A DNA stretch of 63,519 nt, counting the filler, from Chiloscyllium plagiosum (taxonomy: Eukaryota), in NCBI RefSeq assembly GCF_004010195.1. It is 5 parts of one record of this genome, joined end to end, with 100 filler letters (N's around TTAATTAATTAA, not from the genome) between each part and the next. Parts side by side here need not be neighbours in the genome. Positions count along the whole stretch, not along the records: positions 49,760 to 61,015 come from NC_057713.1; 4 more parts are not named here. One strand, given 5' to 3'. Within the stretch, counting starts at the first letter, position 1; every line of letters begins with the position of its first letter. Positions 49,760 through 61,115 of the stretch are shown here, piece after piece. The position numbers and the translations under genes were made by a program. The notes under the pieces were generated by a model. That model was not told the DNA's origin. It saw only the letters and a list, made by a program, of their open reading frames with translations, and did not search any database.

Positions 49760-50472
49760 GGTTGGTTGGTCCAGGTGTCCCAGAGGTGTTCTCTGAAACG
49801 TTCCCCCTTACTTCCCTCCAAGGCCCCAAGGGATCCTTCCATATCCGCCACAAATTCACCTGCAACTCCACACACATCATTTACTGCATCCTCTGCATCC
49901 GATGTGGCCTCCTCTATATTGGGGATACTGGCCGCCTACTTGCGGAACGTTTCAGAGAACACCTCTGGGACACCCTGACCAACCAACCCAGCCACCCCGT
50001 GGCTCAACACTTCAACTCCCCCTCCCACTCCACCAAGGACATGCAGGTCCTTGGACTCCTCCATCGCCAGACTATAGCAACACGACGGCTGGAGGAAGAG
50101 CGCCTCCTCTTCCGCCTAGGAACCCTTCAACCACAAGCGATGAACTCAGATTTCTCCAGTTTCCTTATTTCCCCTCCCCCCACCTTGTCTCAGTCCCAAC
50201 CCTCGAACTCAGCACCACCTTCCTAACCTGCAATCTTCTTCCTGACCTCTCCGCGCCCACCCCCACTCCGGCCTATCACCCTCACATTAACCTCCTTCCA
50301 CCTATTGCATTTCCAATTCTTCTCCCCCAAGTCCCTCCTCCCTACCTTTTATCTTAGCCTGCTTGGCACACTTTCCCCATTCCTGAAGAAGGGCTCATGC
50401 CCGAAACGTCGATTCTCCTGCTCCTTTGATGCTGCCTGACCTGCTGCGCTTTACCAGCAACACAATTTCAGC
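49760..50472 (+). mobile_element. Neptune-type Penelope 3' end: GIY-YIG domain plus terminal repeat
   Basis: HIIYCILCIRCGLLYIGDTGRLLAERFREH...HF...E...GTLQPQAMN, uninterrupted to the stop at 50226. Confidence 0.92.
50378..50415 (+). ncRNA. Minimal hammerhead ribozyme motif, core intact
   Basis: TC-CTGAAGA-A-GGGC-tcat-GCCC-GAAA-CGTC-GA. Stem I is only about 2 bp; palindromic ACGT stem III. Confidence 0.65.
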
Positions 50473-51022
50473 AAGTTGGACTGAAGGGCTTGTTTTGGTG
50501 CTGTACATCTTTATGACTCTAAATGTTCTATAATAATGGTGTAAAGAAATTTGAGATGTATCTTTGAGCAGGAGTAGTGAGGTATAAAAGCAAATATTTA
50601 TGAATTTGAGAAATATTAGTGCTGAGGAATAAATATTAAGGATCCAAGTTTGTTTATAAATGAAGTACAAAGTGTTCTCTAGACTTCCAAAACATTGCAT
50701 AGAATTTTATGCTGCTCCCAGGACCATGAAGCAAGTCAAGCAGGGAAGTTTAATTGTGAGAGAGACCAAAAATCAGTTTCCTCATCATGGAATTAAACTC
50801 AGGTATTAAGTTCTTTGATATTTGAAGGGAGATTGAGCATATTGACGTCAACTACTGCGCAGTTCCTTACATGCATTTGCCATTCGTGTTCATTATCATG
50901 TAATTAGCTGCACCTTCAAATTAAGTTATCAGCAAGCAAGAAACACATACAAGGAAGAAGAAATGGAGGGAGACTGGCCAAAGCAGATGTTATATAAGAT
51001 AATAGTTCTGAAGTAGTTAATA

Positions 51023-51693
51023 TTCATTTCACATTACAGGTGATCACCATTGCACTACACACACACACACAGATATTCATACACACACACACTCTCACAT
51101 ACACACGGACACAGGTACACACAGATGCGCACACAGATACCCACACACACCCTTATAGACACACACACTCCCACACTCACACATGCACCCCCTCACAGAC
51201 TTAAGACACTCTGCACTCACTACACACACACACACTTTCTCACACTCACAACCCCCACCCCAGACAGATACATGCACACACAGACAGACAAAGACTCACA
51301 TGCTCACATATATTTTGTGAGGTGAATTTGTACTTGCAGAGTTACATAGTACTTTGCTGAGAAACTGCATGAATTTATGTAAAACTCTGTTATCTCACTT
51401 TTTAGATTAGAATCAATCTAAACATCATGGCATAGACAGAGAAACAGGGGGCCAACACCTTCAACATATTGTCTAGCTATCACCATTGTTAACAGCTAAC
51501 CGGAGAATGCAACTTTAAAAAAAAGATTTTGTGATTTACACATGAAAGAAGTGAAAGTATCACTGTATTCTAACAGATGAAAGGCTTAACAGACAATCAA
51601 TTTTTCAATGTATAATTTCAGTTATATCACACTGTATATTTTTGCTATAAATTCTGTGTTACGATCGAGCCCTCCACTATCAACTGATGAAGG
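51023..51693 (+). mobile_element. PLE 3' UTR (family C) with CA-rich tract (51057-51310)
   Basis: Begins with F-I-S-H-Y-R-stop, a Neptune-like C-terminus, and ends at a truncated CTGATGAAGG. Confidence 0.55.
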
Positions 51694-53540
51694 CCCTGGA
51701 TAGTGTTGTCAAACAAAAAGACCTAAGGGTCCGGTACATCGTTCTTTGAAAATTGTGTCATAGGTAGAATAGTTAAGAAGGCGTTTAGCACACTTATCTT
51801 CATTGCTGAGACCATTGCATATAGGAGTTGGGATTTCATGTTGTGGTTGTGTAGGATGTTGGTGAAGCCACTTTTGGAGCACCAAGTAAAGTTCTGGTCG
51901 CCCTGCTGTAGGAAGGATATTATTAAATTGGAGAGGTACAGAAAAAAATTACAAAGATGTTACTGGGACTGGGAAATTTGAGTTATAAGGAAAGGCTGGA
52001 TCGACTGACTAGATACGGATGTCTTGATGTCTTGAAACGGTTAAAAGTGGATAAATCCCCAGGACCTGATCAGGTGTACCCGAGAAGCTAGAGAGGTGAT
52101 TGCTGGGCCTTTTGCTGAGATATTTGTATCATCAATAGTTACAGGTGAGGTGTCGGAAGACTGGAGGTTGGCAAACGTGGTGCCACTGTTTAAGAAGGGT
52201 GGTAAAGACAAGCCAGGGAACTATAGACCAGTGAGCCTGACCTCGGTGGTGGGCAAGTTGTTGGAGAGAATCCTGAGGGACAGGATGTACATGTATTTGG
52301 AAAGGCAAGGCCTGATTCGGGATAGTCAANNNNNNNNNNNNNNNNNNNNNNNNNNNNNNNNNNNNNNNNNNNNNNNNNNNNNNNNNNNNNNNNNNNNNNN
52401 NNNNNNNNNNNNNNNNNNNNNNNNNNNNNNNNNNNNNNNNNNNNNNNNNNNNNNNNNNNNNNNNNNNNNNNNNNNNNNNNNNNNNNNNNNNNNNNNNNNN
52501 NNNNNNNNNNNNNNNNNNNNNNNNNNNNNNNNNNNNNNNNNNNNNNNNNNNNNNNNNNNNNNNNNNNNNNNNNNNNNNNNNNNNNNNNNNNNNNNNNNNN
52601 NNNNNNNNNNNNNNNNNNNNNNNNNNNNNNNNNNNNNNNNNNNNNNNNNNNNNNNNNNNNNNNNNNNNNNNNNNNNNNNNNNNNNNNNNNNNNNNNNNNN
52701 NNNNNNNNNNNNNNNNNNNNNNNNNNNNNNNNNNNNNNNNNNNNNNNNNNNNNNNNNNNNNNNNNNNNNNNNGCTGTACAGGACATTGGTTAGGCCACTG
52801 TTGGAATATTGCGTGCATTTCTGGTTTCCTTCCTATCAGAAAGATGTTGTGAAACTTGAAAGGGTTCAGAAAAGATTTACAAGGATGTTGCCAGGGTTGG
52901 AGGATCTGAGCTACAGGGAGAAGCTGAACAGGCTGAGGCTGTTTTCCCTGGAGCATCGGAGGCTGAGGAGTGACCTTATAGAGGTTTACAAAATTATAAG
53001 GGGCATGGATAGGATAAATAGACAAAGTCTTTTCCCTGGGGTCAGGGAGTCCAGAACTAGAGGGCATAGTTTTAGGGTGAGAGGGGAAAGATATAAAAGA
53101 GACCTAATGGACAAGTTTTTCACGTAGAGGGTGGTACGTATATGGAATGAGCTGCCAGAGGATGTGGTGGAAGCTGGTACAATTGCAACATTTAAGAGGC
53201 ATTTGGAGGGATATGGGCCAGGTGCTGGCAGGTGGGACTAGATTGGGTTGGGATGTCTGGTTGGACGGGTTAGACCGAAGGGTCTCTTTTCATGCTGTAC
53301 ATCTCTATGACTCTATGACTGGGACAAAGGAGGTTGAGGGGTGACTTTCTGCAGGTTTATAAAATCATGGAGGCATAGATGGGGTGACTAACAAAGGTCT
53401 TTTTCCTAGGATGGCAGAGTTCAAAACTATGGGGTAAATTTTTAAGGTGAGAGGAGAAAGATTTAAAAGAGACCTGAGGGGCTACGTTCTCACACAGATG
53501 TGGGTCATTTTTGGAATGAACTGCCAAAGGATGTGAGTCT
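51694..53540 (+). mobile_element. Older CR1 3' fragment with a younger HER1 copy (about 52010-53320, N gap 52330-52772) inserted
   Basis: DWRLANVVPLFKKG...NYRPVSLTSVVGKLLE, LVRPLLEYCV, and a (CTATGACT)n tail. Confidence 0.85.
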
Positions 53541-56500
53541 GGACTAGGACAGGAATGGAGCAAATTGGGAACACTACAAATTTAGGGTGTACAGGAGGAA
53601 ACTGAGTGGGAGAAAAATAAGCAATTGACAAAGAGATGATAGTTCTGCTAGCTCTTCTTGTTAGTTCCTATTACCAGGGTACCAATTAAATTGGCAAGCA
53701 TTGAATCTTTACCTTGTTTGAGTACTAATTGTGTTAATGTAATGTAACTTTAAATCCCTGGGTCACAGGCAGGCACGCACAGACCTGCTCTTTCCCTCCC
53801 ACTAATGTCCTGTTTTTCTGGTCTGTGCTGACACAGACTGACAGAGTGCGCTGAGAGGTTAGTGAGTAATTGACCTAGCTCCCTGCAAGCTGCCCTTGTA
53901 AACATATCAAATAATTGCTGTAATAGGAGGGAAATGACTTTGATCCATTTCTATAGACTCAGCATTAATTTACAAAACTACAAACCCAGATGCCATTAGG
54001 GAAGATTCTAGGTTAAAGACAAAGTATAATCAATTCTGCTCAGGAAGCATTTCCAAATTCCCTTAAATCTGATGCCAAACATTTAAACTGGCTTTACTAG
54101 CAATCCCACTTCCTTAGGATATAAGTAGACAAACTGCACAAATTTGCAGATTGTAAAATGTAGCCATGCCTCATGGGTCTGCTGGTTCCATTTTTTTTTT
54201 GTCCATTTCCATTTCATTTCTGATACTAAGGTGAAATTTAAAAAAAAACACAGGTTTACAATCCAGAAAAATTAGTTGGCATATACCTGGGATTTAGATG
54301 GAGCAGGACAACACTGAGGGGCTCGGCTTATGAGATCTTGCATGGGCAGTCCCTATCATATATTTTTATAATGGTGCTGGAAATACTCAGTGTAGTGTTA
54401 AATTATTCAATTTTCTGCATATTGTTAATGCTCACTGTGCTTGATTGATTAGGCCTGGATGTGGATTCAGAGAAAGGTAAAGTAACTATCGATGTTACAA
54501 GAAACCAGAGCTGTAAGCATGGAGCAGACATTCAAAATCACTGTGAATAAAACTTAAAAACAAGTATCATATTTCAGTAAAATAAAGATAATACAAAATA
54601 ATACAACAAAGATAATGAAGGGAAGTTTAGATTTGCATTACTTTCTTCACTGGGAGATCCACCTTTGCCATGGGATCGAGGCATTTCAAGAGTCAAGACA
54701 TATCTGCTTACAGCCAACTTGGATGTTCTGCAGATAGCCATGATATTGGCAGTGTAAATCAGTTCTGACTTATTTGACTTGAAGAGATTACATAGAACAC
54801 ACCTTCAGAATCAGAGTTGCAACCACAGTTTGCCAATCAGTTTATGTGCAATGGCAATGCACAAAGATGCTTCAATTATCTTATCAACACATTGTGATCA
54901 GACACTTTCAAAACTGTGCCAAAATTATTAAGATGCACATTGATTCACAAAGGTAGATCAAGCTCAAGGTAAAAATAGTTGGTTCTTAAAATGTTACCAT
55001 TTTGCAAACATATGTAGGCCAAATAAGTGGACTTTGTCAATTCAACATGTGGACGATTGTCTTCCTGAGAGTGAGGTACAGTATAACAATAATTTTTCAT
55101 CACATTATATCTTCATATATCATCATCCTTATTGGAAATGAGGGACTGCATCACCTGTGTCATGGCAGGACTGAGGCCAACCATCATCTAACTCGGCAGC
55201 AAATGCACTACCATAGAAAATGTCGGTGGCCCTGAGTACTCTGCAAAGAAACCTGCTCAGTTAGTACCTCAAAGTCAAGCAGTGATGTTCAGTGATCAGG
55301 AACCAAAGAATATCCAAAGTGTCTGGTCTGCTCTTAAATCCACCATTGTCAGTACTTCTGAGAAGACTCGCAGTTTTACATCAGGAAATGTTAAGACTGG
55401 TTTGACATGAACAACTAAGGGATCCAGGAACTACAAAATCACAATTGCAAAATATCCCTAAATTACTATACAGAAGAGTTCATTAGAAACTTTAGCTTGT
55501 ACATTCAGTTTAAATAAAAAAAATTGTTAAACTATATCTTGCATGCCAGAGGAGACATTACCCTTGCATCGAGTCTGTCCAACCCTGTCAGAATTATATA
55601 CATTTCAGTGAGATTCCTCTCATTCTTTTAAACTCCAGTGAATGCAGGCCCAGTCATATGAATTACTTCAAGTGGGACAAACCTGCCAACCTGTAAATCA
55701 GTCTAATATCTTTTGCGCACCTTCTGTGGCAAATATGTAATGTCTTAGGTAAGGAGACCAAATATGTATCCATACTTTTGATGTGATCTCACCAAGGCTA
55801 TGTACAACTACAATAAGAACTTTTTAGAATCATTGACTAAAGTGGTGATAATGGAACTTATTGTAATGATTTTTGTGATTTAGTATATGTCACTACAAAA
55901 GTAGTACATTGACTTTTTTAAACTTAACTTATTTTCCTAATCATCCTGTTCGGAGATATTATTACATACATTTGGGGCAGATGGGATTTGAACCATGGCC
56001 TCCTGGTCTGGGGTAGAGACACTTCCACTCCACCATAAGAGGGCTTCCTGGTGATTGTGTCCCTGCAAAAATTCTTCATAATAGTGTAAGGACCAACTAC
56101 TTTTAGCTGCTCTCTCAAGGACATTTCCTCCATTGTAAGTTTAGAACAATTACACAATGCTGAGAGTTTACAACTCTATAGATATTGAGTCAGTCTGTTT
56201 ATATACGCAGTTCGAACCGGAAAACATCCAGGCTTGAGCTAATAAGTAGCAAGTAATGTTCATGTCACACATGCCAAGTAATGATCATCTCTAACAAAAG
56301 AAAATCTTATCATCATCCTTTGCCATTTCATCTAATTACCATCATTGAGACCCCATTACCAAGAACTGGACCATCCATGTTGCTACAATCTCAGTTGATG
56401 TTATTACTGGATTAATAACAATTCCCCTCCCAATAAATGATACCATTCTATTGGAGGATCAGGGAACAGTCACCTGAAACTGATAATGGGCCAGATTTTC

Positions 56501-56565
56501 CAAGGACTCAAAGGGGTCTTCTTGTGGTGCAGTAGTAGTATCTCTACTGTTGAACCGAGAGTGTA

Positions 56566-56915
56566 TTCATAGAATCTCCACAGTGTAGAAGTACGCTATT
56601 TGGCCGATCAAGTCCACACTGATCTTCTTAAGACCATCCCACCCAGACCCACCCTCTTATCTAATCTCTGTAACCCTGCATATCCCATGGCTAACCCTGC
56701 ATATCCTAATTTACACATCCCTGGACACCATGGACAATTTAGCATGTCCAATCCTCCTAATCTACATATCTTTGGACTGTGGGAGGAAACTGGAGCACCT
56801 GGATGAAACCCACACTGACACAGGGGGAATGTGCAAGCTCAACACAGAAAGTCACTCAATGGTAGAATCAAACCTGGGTTCCTGGTGCTGTGAGGCAGAG
56901 TGCTAATTACTGAGC
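56566..56915 (-). mobile_element. HE1-related SINE
   Basis: Family similarity. Confidence 0.8.
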
Positions 56916-59039
56916 AGGGTTCAAGTCCAACCTGCTCTAGAGATATGTAGTAACATCTTTAAATAGGTTGATCAGAAAAATAAGACCAAACAATGGAAGG
57001 GGACCTTGTGTGGCACAATGATAGTATTCTTGCCTTTGGACCAAAATCCCATCTCCTCCAGAGGCGTGTAATGGCATTTCTAAACAGGTTGATTAGAAAG
57101 GTAGTCCAAGCAGTGGAAATCTCATGCAAATTGACACACTGGCCCTTTTATGAAAGGAGGCTCAACATTTCTGACAAGAAATTCTGATCATGGCTCTCTC
57201 AGGAATGCGGAGCTGGGCTTCCTTTTAGATTGTGGGTTCATATCACAGAACTGTCAAAGGAAGGCAAACCGTGCCACCTTTCACAACAGTCGACTGCAAT
57301 ATTCTGCAATTTAAAGATCCCAACAGGCACTTTGATGTCTGCTGTCCAACTAAGGAAATACGATGAGTGTGATGTTCGGGTTCTGGGAGTGTAGGGTGCC
57401 AGGTAAGTAATGTGCCAGTAGGATAGGATACTATCTAGGTTGAAGTAGGATGCCAGGAGTAGGATGCCATCTATAGAGTTCCAGCTGGATAAGGTGCCAA
57501 ATGGGTAGAATGACAAGTGGGAAGGGAATAGGGGGCCAGGGTACAAAGTTGCAAGGCAAGTGGAACAGTGTTTATGACAGGATGATGGGAGAAATCAAGT
57601 GCAGCAGAGAGGTTTGCTGTTGGGTCTAGGCTTTTGGGTCTGGCAGTAGAGGGGTCAGGTTAGGAAAGATGGTAGAGGTAGATAGGAATTCAGATAGGGT
57701 TGAACCTGAATTATCAGGTTAGATGGGGTCAGGTCCAGTGAAGGATGTGGCGGTGTGTTGGGTCAGGCCTGGTGGCTGGGGGAACAGGTTCAATCTGGCC
57801 TGGTAGATATCGATGGAGGAAGGGAAGAGGAGTAGTTGGCTTAGTTAGGTCTATTTCAAGAGATGTCGACTCAAGCCTGGTGGTGGTGGGAGTGGGTGTT
57901 TGGATTAGATCTGGCTGCAAAGGTTTATGTCAGATCAGTTCAGTGAGGAGGAGAGGGGACAGATCTCAAGGGTGGATTGGTAGGTGCTTGGCAGGTCAAG
58001 GTCTGTAGGATATAAGTAGCCTGGGGGATTTTCAGTTGGGGTTGTGTGAGGTAAGTATGGGGTCTGTTTAATAGTTACTCAGGAGTTACACCATGCATTT
58101 AATAGTCTAGCTTCAGAGTAACTATTTACATAATTTCATCAAAATCCTCAGAAGTCTCCAAACTAAATAGGAATGCGATGCACATTTTTCAAAGATTGTT
58201 AAAGAATTTACTGCATTGTACTTGCATTATCACTGCATGCATTGAACTAATGCAAATACAATGACTTTGCAACACATAAAAGCATCGAATCATAGCAAGG
58301 GAACCCCCACAAAATAAACTTTGATAGAATCTTAATGGTAAGTTTTACCTTCTCACTGTTGCCCATGCTTCATTCCTGGCTAGAACCTCATTTATCTTGT
58401 AAGAGTCTCTAGTATTTGGAACGTTTTAGGAAGCAGGCCCCACTAGTCTACCCACTCAATGGAATTACATTGTAGAAAAGATACAATATCAGATTGTAAA
58501 TTCAACTGTTTCACCACCATTTCATGCCCTAGCATAATGGGTATGTTACAAACCACACTATACCATTGAAAACCAGTTACCTAACATTTGCTACTGACAT
58601 TTACACAAGAATTAGGATCATATTAGGTCACCAAGGACATGGGTCATTATTAAAAATTATTACAAAGATCGTTATTAGTTCACCATTCACATTTAATTTC
58701 TAGAGATATAAATTTGGTGCAATTATTACACTCCGCAGATTTTATTTGAAAAGGTTAGTAGCAGATGGAAAGATGGTTAGGTACAATAATTAAGGTATCT
58801 TGATCAGAATAGATTTATTGAACCACTTTGTGCAACATTAATTGCACAGGGACCATATTAGGAACATAATTGAATCATTCTCAATTAGTGACCAGCATCA
58901 TCATCGTCTTGGCTGCATGTCATTTTGTTCCGTTTCCTCTCACTCTGCTTTTTTTGTTGAGCAATGTTTCTCTGCATCTCCATTTCTTTTCATGGTTATA
59001 CTACTTCATAGATTAAATGCACAACAATTTTCTACAGGC

Positions 59040-59300
59040 AGCACTGAAATAATCTGTTCTATTGTCAGTCAGGTTAGTTGGAGGAACAATGTTGGAGGAG
59101 ACACTGAGGATACCTCCTGTCTTCTTTATTGAAGAAGCACCAAGAGGACTTTGGTTTTATGTTCATCCCTGAGATGGCACCTGTGACAATATAATGGTAC
59201 CTCAGTATAGCACTGTAGTGTCAGGCTAGATTTTGCACTCAGGCCTCTGGAATAGAAAGAAACCATGGGCATTTGATTCAAGTACTGCAAACAGAATCAT
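59040..59300 (-). mobile_element. DeuSINE-like (SacSINE1/AmnSINE-related) decayed SINE
   Basis: ggttttatgttcatccctgagatggcacctgtgaca...cctcagtatagcactgtagtgtcaggctagatttt is the antisense of the recalled block GGAGGTGCCGTCTTTCGGATGAGACGTTAAACC. Confidence 0.55.
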
Positions 59301-59349
59301 CGTTTATGGTACTGATAAGGACAGCTCCATTTCACATTCACACAAGGCG

Positions 59350-60760
59350 GGAGAAAGTGAGGTCTGCAGATGCTGGAGATCAGAGTAAGAGTGTGGTGAT
59401 GGAAAAGCACAGCAGATTAGGCAGCATCCGAGGAGCAGGAAAATCGATGTTTTGGGTATGAGCCCTTCATCAGGAATGAGGTGCAGCAGTTAGAAATGAA
59501 GAGGTCAAGGGCGGGTAATGGACCAGCACAGGGTGTCCAGATGGATGGGATGTGATGAAGGTGGGAGGAAGGGTCCTCGGTGGGTGGGCGGGAGTCTTGG
59601 TTGAACAAGTGAGCCCGGACGTGGAGGTGGCGGAAGAAATGTTCAAGGTCGCAATGTGTGTCAAACTCGTTCATCTGGGAGTGTAGAGGGATGAAGGTGA
59701 AGCCATTGCTGAGGACTAAACGTTCATCCTCAGTGAGGGGGAGGTCTGGGGGAATGGTAAACACACAACAGGGCTGGGAGCTAGGACCTTGGGTGGGGCT
59801 GGAGCTGGGTGTGGGGCGGAGATAGTCACTTGAATGGGTATGATTAGAGGGTCAGGAGTGATGTCGCCAACAGAAGTGATACTCACAAAGGGGGCGAAAG
59901 TGGGACCTACAGCAGTGTGATGGGGACGGAAGTGACCTCACGCACGACAATGACAGCATTGCAGTCTGGTTCTCGGTGAGCGATGTATCTGGTGGCGGAA
60001 ATGACGTCAGTGTGGGAGTCATCCATGTCCAGGTGTGTGATGTCTTTGGGGGCGGAAGTGGCTGCGGTGGCAACTGTGGGAGCGGAAGAGATGTGTAGAG
60101 TAAGTTTTGCGTCTGTGCTGGAGGCGGTGAATCTAGCGGCAGTGGTGGATTCTGCGGCAGTAGGGGCGGCAGTTGTCTTCCTGGCAGTTGCGATGGTGGT
60201 TGGGTGAATGGTGATCTTGGAGGTGGAATGGTCGGCAGTGGCTGTGGTCCCTGCAGCAGCTGGGGCAGAAGTGACTTCATCGTTCACCTCAGCAGTTGTG
60301 GAAGAAGCAGCTGCATGGTTAATGGTGTCTGAGCAGGTCCAGAGGCCAGGAGATGTTTCTGAAATGTTCAAGAAAACCCGTGTGCTGAGGTAAGTACATG
60401 AAAGTTTGTTTAACTTATGTTCTTTTGTGTCAGATATGGCGTAGAAAAACCTTTTGTTGAGCGCGTGAATTCTGAGGATGTAGAAACGCAGAAGTCAGTT
60501 GCAGGTCTGGGAGAGTGTGGCTCTGAGCTGGGGCAGGACCGACTGCAGGTAGAGTAGATGGCGGCGCATGGCTGCTAGTGTGGAGTGGAGGATCCAGGAA
60601 GAGAATTGTTGCTGAAAGTTTAGGATTTGTAGTGTGTACTGGTTATCCTGTCCAGGTCCAAATTGTGTTGGTCTGAATGTAGTCCGGAGTTCATGTGCTA
60701 TCAGTCAGTTCTGTAGGTAGGCACCGAGGAGGGAGATGTGGCTGTGGGAGCAAGGTTGCT
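59350..60760 (-). mobile_element. Neptune-type Penelope N-terminal region fused directly to a terminal repeat
   Basis: SHISLLGAYL...STLAAMRRHL, then a Thr/Ala/Pro-rich tract, then FTIPPDLPLTEDERLVLSNGFTFIP...FFRHLHVRAH, then family A repeat at 59350-59480. Confidence 0.75.
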
Positions 60761-60761
60761 T

Positions 60762-61015
60762 TACGATATTTGATGATGATACTAAGCTGGGTGGCAGGGT
60801 GAAATGTGATGAGGATGTTAGGAGATTACAGGGTGACCTGGACAAGTTAGGTGAGTGGTCAGATGCATGGCAGATGCACTTTAATGTGGATAAATGTATG
60901 GTTATCCACTTTGGTGGCAAGAACAGGAAGGCAGATTACTACCTAAATGGAATCAATTTAGGTACAGGGGCAGTACAGAGAGATCTGGGTGTTCTTGTAC
61001 AACAGTCAATGAAGG
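60762..61015 (+). mobile_element. CR1 RT fragment, cut by a gap
   Basis: FDDDTKLGG...LQGDLDKL...WQMHFNVDKC. Confidence 0.9.
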
Positions 61016-61115
61016 NNNNNNNNNNNNNNNNNNNNNNNNNNNNNNNNNNNNNNNNNNNNTTAATTAATTAANNNNNNNNNNNNNNNNNNNNNNNNNNNNN
61101 NNNNNNNNNNNNNNN

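Noticed and set aside
51050..51325. His/Thr-rich ORF
   Set aside because: Translation of a CA-rich low-complexity tract.
52096..53127. 343-aa ORF and overlapping minus-strand ORFs
   Set aside because: They span an N gap within a CR1 copy and are not host genes.
53895..53910. miR-30 family (TGTAAACAT seed; miR-30b/d lie near ZFAT in other vertebrates)
   Set aside because: The sequence continues ATCAAAT rather than CCTACAC or CCCCGAC, and no precursor hairpin is evident.
54640..55480. Missing terminal ZFAT exon or Harbinger transposase remnant
   Set aside because: No match to the recalled ZFAT terminal peptide; transposase similarity too weak to call by eye.
57380..58070. G-rich strand-skewed tract with short ORFs
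   Set aside because: Low-complexity, probably transposon-internal; no recognisable domain or splice structure.
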